Positions 57,821-64,000 of a stretch of 64,000 nt of DNA are shown one piece after another. The translations under genes and the position numbers were made by a program. Below the pieces are notes generated by a model. The model worked only from the letters and a program-made list of their open reading frames with translations, was not told the origin of the DNA and searched no databases. How positions within the stretch are numbered: the first letter of the stretch is position 1; each line of letters begins with the position of its first letter. The DNA is from Guillardia theta CCMP2712 (lineage: Eukaryota > Protista > Cryptophyta), in assembly GCF_000315625.1 (NCBI RefSeq), contig NW_005434627.1, forward strand, positions 410,362-474,361. The letters are read 5' to 3'.

Positions 57821-58790
57821 ATGGTGTCGTACATGCCGACAACGTCCAGCGTCAAGAGGCGGGTGGCTGGCATGGCGGGAGCTCTTGCTAGCGCCCTAGC
57901 GCTCTTTTGTATCGCCAGCATGATGGTGAGCATGAGACACCCGGCGTCGTCGTCGGCCAGGCGAACTGAGCTGGCCATGTTCATGCGGAGGGCGAAAGGG
58001 CAAAGGCTTCCCAACAAGATGAGTCTCGACCTCGATGGCGGCGAGCTTCCTATCCCCATTGGTAAGAACGGTATGATGGTTGAAATTATATCGGTGTGCT
58101 CCGATGGCATCATGCGATGCAGTGCTCAATGAAATGATACCATGATGCTCTGATGATATCATGAATTGGTGTTCAATGTTCAACGATGAGATCCGTTGAC
58201 GAAAGAAATCCGCACGGCATCAACAGGAATTGACTTGTTTGCAGAGGATGATGGTTCATCTACTGCCCCTGGATCAAACATTCACATGTTCGAGCATGGT
58301 CTCCCTCCGCTCCCTAACCCCGCGGCTCGACGCTGGACGTGGATGCAGCAGCACAAGCACGGCTACATCCCCGCACAGGGATGGCTTTCGCCCACCTTCT
58401 TCAGGCAGCGCATGCTGCAACGGCAGCTCAGAAATCGTATCAGGCCCGTTCTATCCATGGGGGACCTTCCTATTCCTATCGGTATCTCGTTTGCGCTGAA
58501 GCTTGCGATGGTCTTAATTGTTTCCAGGTTATGATGGGGATATGGATAATATTGCACCAGGTGAGGGTCCATGTGATTTGCTCTTGAGGGGATCAACTGA
58601 TGTTGTACATGCAGGATCAAACATGAACATGTACGAGAACGCTATCCCTACTACAATCCCGTATGCCCCTGATCCGGGTAAGCCGGCGAAAAGGTTTTCT
58701 GCGTTTCCACCTGACTTGATCGTTTTAGCTGGATGGGGTATGGACTATTCTCCGTATGTTGTACCCAATCTTGATGATCCAAATTATTGA
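57821..58790 (+). CDS. Hypothetical membrane-anchored protein with a two-fold internal repeat
   Basis: N-terminal hydrophobic helix, then ELPIPIG...APGSNIHMFEH repeated as DLPIPIG...APG|SNMNMYEN. A donor site follows PIPIG in both copies. Confidence 0.6.
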
Positions 58791-58954
58791 TGTTGTACAT
58801 GAGCACAAGTTAAAGAACATTATGATGTGAATAAAACGAAGGCGTGCTTCAGGTGCTAAGAATCAAACACGAAAGCTCAAGCTGATCATGGTAACTCATG
58901 TTGTATTCTCAAAGAATAAGTATCTAGACATGTGGTGTACAAATTGAATAGGCC

Positions 58955-59818
58955 TTAATCAACAGAGCAGCTGATAGTACAGCCTCTGAGATGAGATAGC
59001 TCAAAGCAATCAGTGTAATCTTCCTCCTGCAAACGATCCAAACAAGCGCTCATGCACAGCAGATCAAACCCTCCACTCTCCACATCCTCCACGTTAGAGG
59101 CCCCAGGTCCGCAAGGACAGTCCATGGTGTCAGTCGGTGAGCCGATGGGACCAAAAAAGTGATCGTTGGGTGTCGTAACGTGGTCCAGAGGCCCCGGTGA
59201 AGGGAACGTGTCGGCAGACACCACGTCCTGCTCTCCCATGATGAGCGCAAGCAAGCCTTCGAGGATGCTCTTGTTTGTTTCAATCTGTGACAGCTCGACA
59301 CTGCTCGACGTAGTAGAGGAATTGAAGCTCAACGAGTCACTCTCTACCAGGTTCGACACATCCAGACAAGTTAAGCAAGCAAAGGGAATGTTCTGAGCCA
59401 GGCCAGAGCGTACGCAAAATAACCCCCAGAAACTGTTTCCTCTTCCCGTGCGGCACATCATGCAGCGGGAGCTGTACGATGGAGTTTGGCTGTTGAGTGC
59501 TATTTGTAGAGAATCAACCCGATCCACCTCATCCTCGTCTGAGTCTGTGAGAACACTCCAATCCAACCCGAGTATCTGGTCGTTATCATATTCGAACAAT
59601 TCAAGCATCGAAGGCGAAACATATGCAAGAGAGCTTCCGGCAGACAGATCAATCACGGCAAACGAGGTATTCCGCCCCACAGCTTCATTCACCAGATCTT
59701 GGAAATGTACCCATGCATCTCTGTCTGACGAAAATCCAGGCCCGTTTGTCGGCCGAGGTGTAGGGCGAAGGTATTCGTCTTGTAGCGGGACAGCAGTACC
59801 CGCAGTGTGAAATGACAT
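58955..59818 (-). CDS. PAS-domain (LOV-like fold, no photoactive Cys) protein, intronless
   Basis: SFAVIDLSAGSSLAYVSPSMLELFEYDNDQILGLDWSVL...CRTGRGNSFW...TCLDVS follows the PAS/LOV pattern. Confidence 0.72.
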   Translation of the reverse strand: MSFHTAGTAVPLQDEYLRPTPRPTNGPGFSSDRDAWVHFQDLVNEAVGRNTSFAVIDLSAGSSLAYVSPSMLELFEYDNDQILGLDWSVLTDSDEDEVDRVDSLQIALNSQTPSYSSRCMMCRTGRGNSFWGLFCVRSGLAQNIPFACLTCLDVSNLVESDSLSFNSSTTSSSVELSQIETNKSILEGLLALIMGEQDVVSADTFPSPGPLDHVTTPNDHFFGPIGSPTDTMDCPCGPGASNVEDVESGGFDLLCMSACLDRLQEEDYTDCFELSHLRGCTISCSVD

Positions 59819-60119
59819 CGCAAATGTACTGGAACTCACTGGCAGGACAGCAGTAACATAAATCTGTACAGCGTTTACAGCTCCCTTATCCGTCAAGCGC
59901 AATGACAACAAGCAGGTTCAATCTTCTTTTCGGATTCAAGCTGATGAAAGCACAGGAGTACGAAGAAGGAGATCCAAACAAGTGGCTATTGTTGAGAAAA
60001 CAGGTTAACAAATGTGATTCTGCCGATCTAATATCCTTCAAGCATTATTGCGCGCCATCGTCTTGTTGGTTGGTTCCCTACGCATGCAATCTTGCCAAAG
60101 TGCTGTTCTACTCGTTCGC

Positions 60120-60910
60120 TTTATTCCCTACTACCCTACCTACACCAGCCATCCCCTCAATAACTCCACCCCCCTTCTCCCCCGTACAACCACTAAATTG
60201 GACCCACCCCATCCGACAACCGCCCGGTACTAGAACCCACCCCTTTACGACACTCCCCCACCCTTCTAGAAAATCATATCCCCTGTCACCCACGGGGAGT
60301 ACCCACCCCTTGCCTAGCATATAACTAAATCCTATTTCTACTCACCCTACCCTTTCAAAACACCACCCTCCCCTGTTTGCGTTAAAAGTTTGTGAGTATA
60401 TACACCACCCACCCTCGTGACATTTCCGGCCTCTTCAACCAAGTCGTTTCGCATTCTCGCTCCTTACCGCTGAGTACCCCTATGTTTTCCTTGAATTTCC
60501 ACCCCCCTGTCACAGCCGAACCCTCCGTTTTGTACATTCAAATGGTACCCACCCACGGTTGGGCTACAATCGTGGATGTACTACCCCCCCTCGGCAAGGC
60601 ATCCGCTCGTACTTTCTCGGAGGGTAACTCCATCCTCAGTTGAACCACCCTACCCCATATCACCTTTGTGGTCTACCCCTCCATGCGCACGTCGAAATGA
60701 TGACAGAATAACCCACCCCTCCTTTGTCCACATTGGCCGGTCAATCGGACCCCACTCAGCCAAACCCCGGAAGAGCTACCGGTACCTCAAGATCGACCCA
60801 CAACTTCCTGGCGTCGTCGACGGTCGTCCTCACCCCTGTCCCCACCCCCACCCCCCTGTACTATATTTTTAGTACCCCATTCGCAGCCTTACAGCAGGTG
60901 CCTGCAAGGG
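60120..60910. repeat. TACCC-rich mosaic island
   Basis: Recurrent TACCC/CACCCC words with no coding signal; continues at 61350-61530. Confidence 0.6.
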
Positions 60911-61117
60911 CTTTACCCCCTTTAATGGCCTTTATATTGACTAGATTTACCGGGAGATTCGAAACGTTGCGGTATTCTTGAGTTAAAACTTCTTTTTGTC
61001 ATATCCGCCTGTCTTCCAGATCGCTCTCGATCTCACATCACACGGACAAGGGGGACGTTCGGCGAACCTCGGCCTGAGTGCGGCCGGCCCGGCCGGGCGC
61101 CGGGAGCGGCTTCCGCA

Positions 61118-62831
61118 GAGGGGCAATCATCAATTTCCACCCAACAAATTTTTGGAGTAATCATTTTCTCATCAACGAAAGTTTGCAGTAATCATTTTCC
61201 GCTCAACTTTTTGAAACTATATAATCATTTTCCATTCAAAACTCCCCGTTTCGTACCGTTACACGTATCAGAGACGGTCGTAACCGTATACTTTTGCAAT
61301 CATTTTCCAATCAAAATCAACTTTCAAACTTTCAACTCTCCATTTTGGAACTTTACCCCACCCCTCCACCCCCCTTTAAACCTTCCTTTCGTACCCCTCC
61401 CCAAGACCCACCCCTCAAAGCCCACAGCGACTACCCCATCATAACCAGGACTCGGTATCACAAATACCGGTACTATCCAGTACCCCGGTGTCACATGACG
61501 GGGTCGGTGGTCCACCCTACCCCATCTACCAGTCTATCAGTCAAACACACCGGTGTGTTTGAGGCATCATGTCCCCTACTTCGGCCACTGGCAGCACCGT
61601 GGCACGGTGCCTAGTGGCACGGCAGTATCGCCAAGTAGTAGTATGTCATTCATCTCTATCATACAAACATTCCGTACGCAACTGGATCTGCCCCCTGAAT
61701 TGTCTTGCGAAGACGTTCTGCGTGCGGCTTACCCTTTGAAAGTATGTTGGCCGGACTACCATACCCCTCCGAACCAGCAGCTGTCACGTGTTGGTTTGTG
61801 GCCTGCTGCACAGTGGTTGGCGAACAAGTTTTTTGGCCCGTCCAGTATACCTTCCAACGAGCAGTTCACACCCACTCTCAGCCTCCGCTGCCACCCGAGT
61901 CATTTCCCATCGGAGAGTCGAGGCTCCGATACAATCTGCCTTGCCTCAGGCCCGGGGATCGCCTGCCACCATATCATTCAATGTGGAAGCGGCCATTACC
62001 TCTCCCTCTGCGGCGGCAGTCACACACGACACATCTGATTCTCACGGTTTCGACTTGGCAAGCCCGTTCATCGGTTCAGACTCCGAGTCTGAACCGGATT
62101 TGGATTTGACCGCGGATGCGCCTGTGTATGCGGATTCGGCCGCAGACTTGGATCATGGGGGATGTTCTTTCACTCGTCGTGCGGCATGTTTCAAGGACCG
62201 GCCCTTGCGTGACCACGCCGCCCTGTTGCAGTGCAGGGCCAACATTTCCTATCAAGAAAAGAATGTACGGGCTATATTGAACGAATCAATTTGGAGCATG
62301 GATGCAGAGGCATTAGGACTGTGGATCCTGGCAGACACTACTTTTATAACATTGTGTGCCAGTGTAGTAGTTGTCCATACTTTTTGAGAATCCACCTCAC
62401 ACAGACCGCCAATTCTTCCACTACGAATTACTGGATTGTGGATTGCTCAAAGAGTATTACCAAGCACTCCATTGATCTGTGTATATCAGTCGGAAAGGCC
62501 AGCGTCAATTTTTTGGTACAGAATGACTACTTCCGGCATCTTGTGTATTCTTCTCGTGGTGATATTGGCGGTTGCACTTTGCATTTTCGGCCTACTGTCA
62601 AGCAGCAAGTTGAGAGCTGACTTGACCATAACCCTTGGAATCGATTCGTCTATCAACAACGTCGCTCGAGCCCGCACTGTCATAGAACGAGGGCCTTGGG
62701 TAAAGTATAAGGAATCATTTCACATACTCTCGAGATGGTTGGATCGATATTGTCAACTAAATCCAGGCTCTGTATCCTCATTACTGAGAGACAGTGCAGT
62801 GGTCACTGCTCTTACTGTGACAGGGCCGTGA
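61118..62831 (+). mobile_element. Mutator-like (MULE) element: probable left terminal region plus 3'-truncated transposase
   Basis: AATCATTTTC repeated at 61159, 61190, 61223 and 61298. Reading frames GQHFLSRKEC...IVCQCSSCPYFLR...WIV...KHSIDLC and ARAR...GPWVKYKESFHILSRWLDRYCQLNPGS resemble the MuDR N-terminal region. No DDE core follows. Confidence 0.68.
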
Positions 62832-63141
62832 AACTTGCCACAGCAGTAAATGTTCGCTCTGAACAATCTCCAATAATCCGAAACTTCGGCGGATGACTCA
62901 GACCCCAGTGAACTAGCTTGATGGAGACTCTTGACAGTAGCACAGAGCCTCGGAGATCGCTGATTGGACGACAGCTACCTTCCGATGATCGCGGGAACTT
63001 CAAGGGGACGATCATGGAGCATAACTGGAGGGCCTGAGACTTCAGAAAATCTTGAACCGAATCACTGCTGCGTTTACTAGAACATACATTCACTGCGGTA
63101 TCAGCCTTGGTCCGGTGTACCACAATATACCTAGTCCTAGA

Positions 63142-64000
63142 CTACTCGTCACCTGACTCGCCACTGTATGCCAATATTTCTCCGTCCCTCAGCACACATC
63201 GGCATTTTCCTCTTCCGTCCACCAGCAGCACATCCAGGCCTTCGACGAGCTTTGTTTCTTGCAGTTTTGCGATCATGATCGCAAGCGCTTCTGCATGTGG
63301 CTGATCCCCTCCTACCACATACCCTCGGTCGATAGTGCTCGATACTTGCATAGCGTGCAACGGTTTCGAGATCTCGTGCATCAAGTTTGCGAGCTCTTTC
63401 GAAACAGATTGTTCTTTGCCTGCGAAGCCAAAGTGTCGCAGCTGCCCGCAGACTCTCCTGCTGTACTCACTCAACGTATTCTTCGGCCCCGCCAACAAAT
63501 GGCCCATCACAAACGTCCTGACACCCTCCGTAAGAGACACGGTGCAGTCGTACCGTGCTATCGCGATCTCAATCAGCGCTCGATTGTTGACAATGACCCT
63601 CATTTTCGCTTCTTCGCTCAAAGCTTTCAGCTTCATTTCCTGCAACTGGTCGTTGAGCGCTTTGATGAATTTGTCCCTGTTGGATTTGAGATCTTCAATC
63701 TGTCTCTCATACCTCTCCAGCGTTTGGTTCTTGTCGGACTTGAGATCTTGGATGTCGGACTTGAGATCTTGGATCTGTTTCTCATACCTCTCCAGCGTTT
63801 GGTTCTTGTCGGACTTGAGATCTTGGATGTCGGACTTGAGATCTTGGATCTGTTTCTCATACCTCTCCAGCGTTTTGTCCCTCTCGGATTTGAGATTTTG
63901 GATCTGCTGTATATCTTGTTCGTACAGGAAAGTTAGGATCTCAATAGCCTTCGCGTTGCCTGAACTTTCTGCTTGTTCTTTGAAGAAGCTCCGGTGTCGA
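63142..64000 (-). CDS. Hypothetical protein: tandem-repeat coiled coil plus a C-terminal globular domain (5' end outside the window)
   Basis: Frame open from the window end. Repeat QTLERYEKQIQDLKSDIQDLKSDKN (75-bp unit), then NNRALIEIAI...LMHEISKPLH...; no introns seen. Confidence 0.7.
   Translation of the reverse strand, partial: RHRSFFKEQAESSGNAKAIEILTFLYEQDIQQIQNLKSERDKTLERYEKQIQDLKSDIQDLKSDKNQTLERYEKQIQDLKSDIQDLKSDKNQTLERYERQIEDLKSNRDKFIKALNDQLQEMKLKALSEEAKMRVIVNNRALIEIAIARYDCTVSLTEGVRTFVMGHLLAGPKNTLSEYSRRVCGQLRHFGFAGKEQSVSKELANLMHEISKPLHAMQVSSTIDRGYVVGGDQPHAEALAIMIAKLQETKLVEGLDVLLVDGRGKCRCVLRDGEILAYSGESGDE

Overview
Eukaryotic nuclear scaffold with three N-gaps, short GT-AG introns (CTGAC branch points) and introns often filled with microsatellites. 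A flagellated alga with a complex plastid is inferred, most consistent with a cryptophyte (ASAF-type bipartite presequence, RWP-RK expansion). Genes recovered by manual exon joining: SPEF2/CPC1 (5' part), an intronless sulfotransferase, a bHLH-PAS transcription factor, an alpha/beta hydrolase, JMJD4, a plastid-targeted orphan, a HugZ/HOZ-like DUF2470 protein split by a gap, GDT1/TMEM165, three clustered RWP-RK-type genes, an 18-kb kelch-tailed outer-arm dynein heavy chain, an FkbM methyltransferase, a PAS protein, a truncated Mutator transposase and several orphans. The most unusual signal is intergenic. A ~2-kb cassette bounded by 53-bp inverted repeats carries the sulfotransferase. There is a Harbinger/Tourist-like MITE with a TCA target duplication, and a TA-flanked MITE at the centre of a 64-bp palindrome. 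Two recurring mosaic island types (TACCC/GGGTA-polarised and CCGG/TNA-rich) look like piles of nested transposon ends. All protein identifications come from motif recognition by eye; no search was run.
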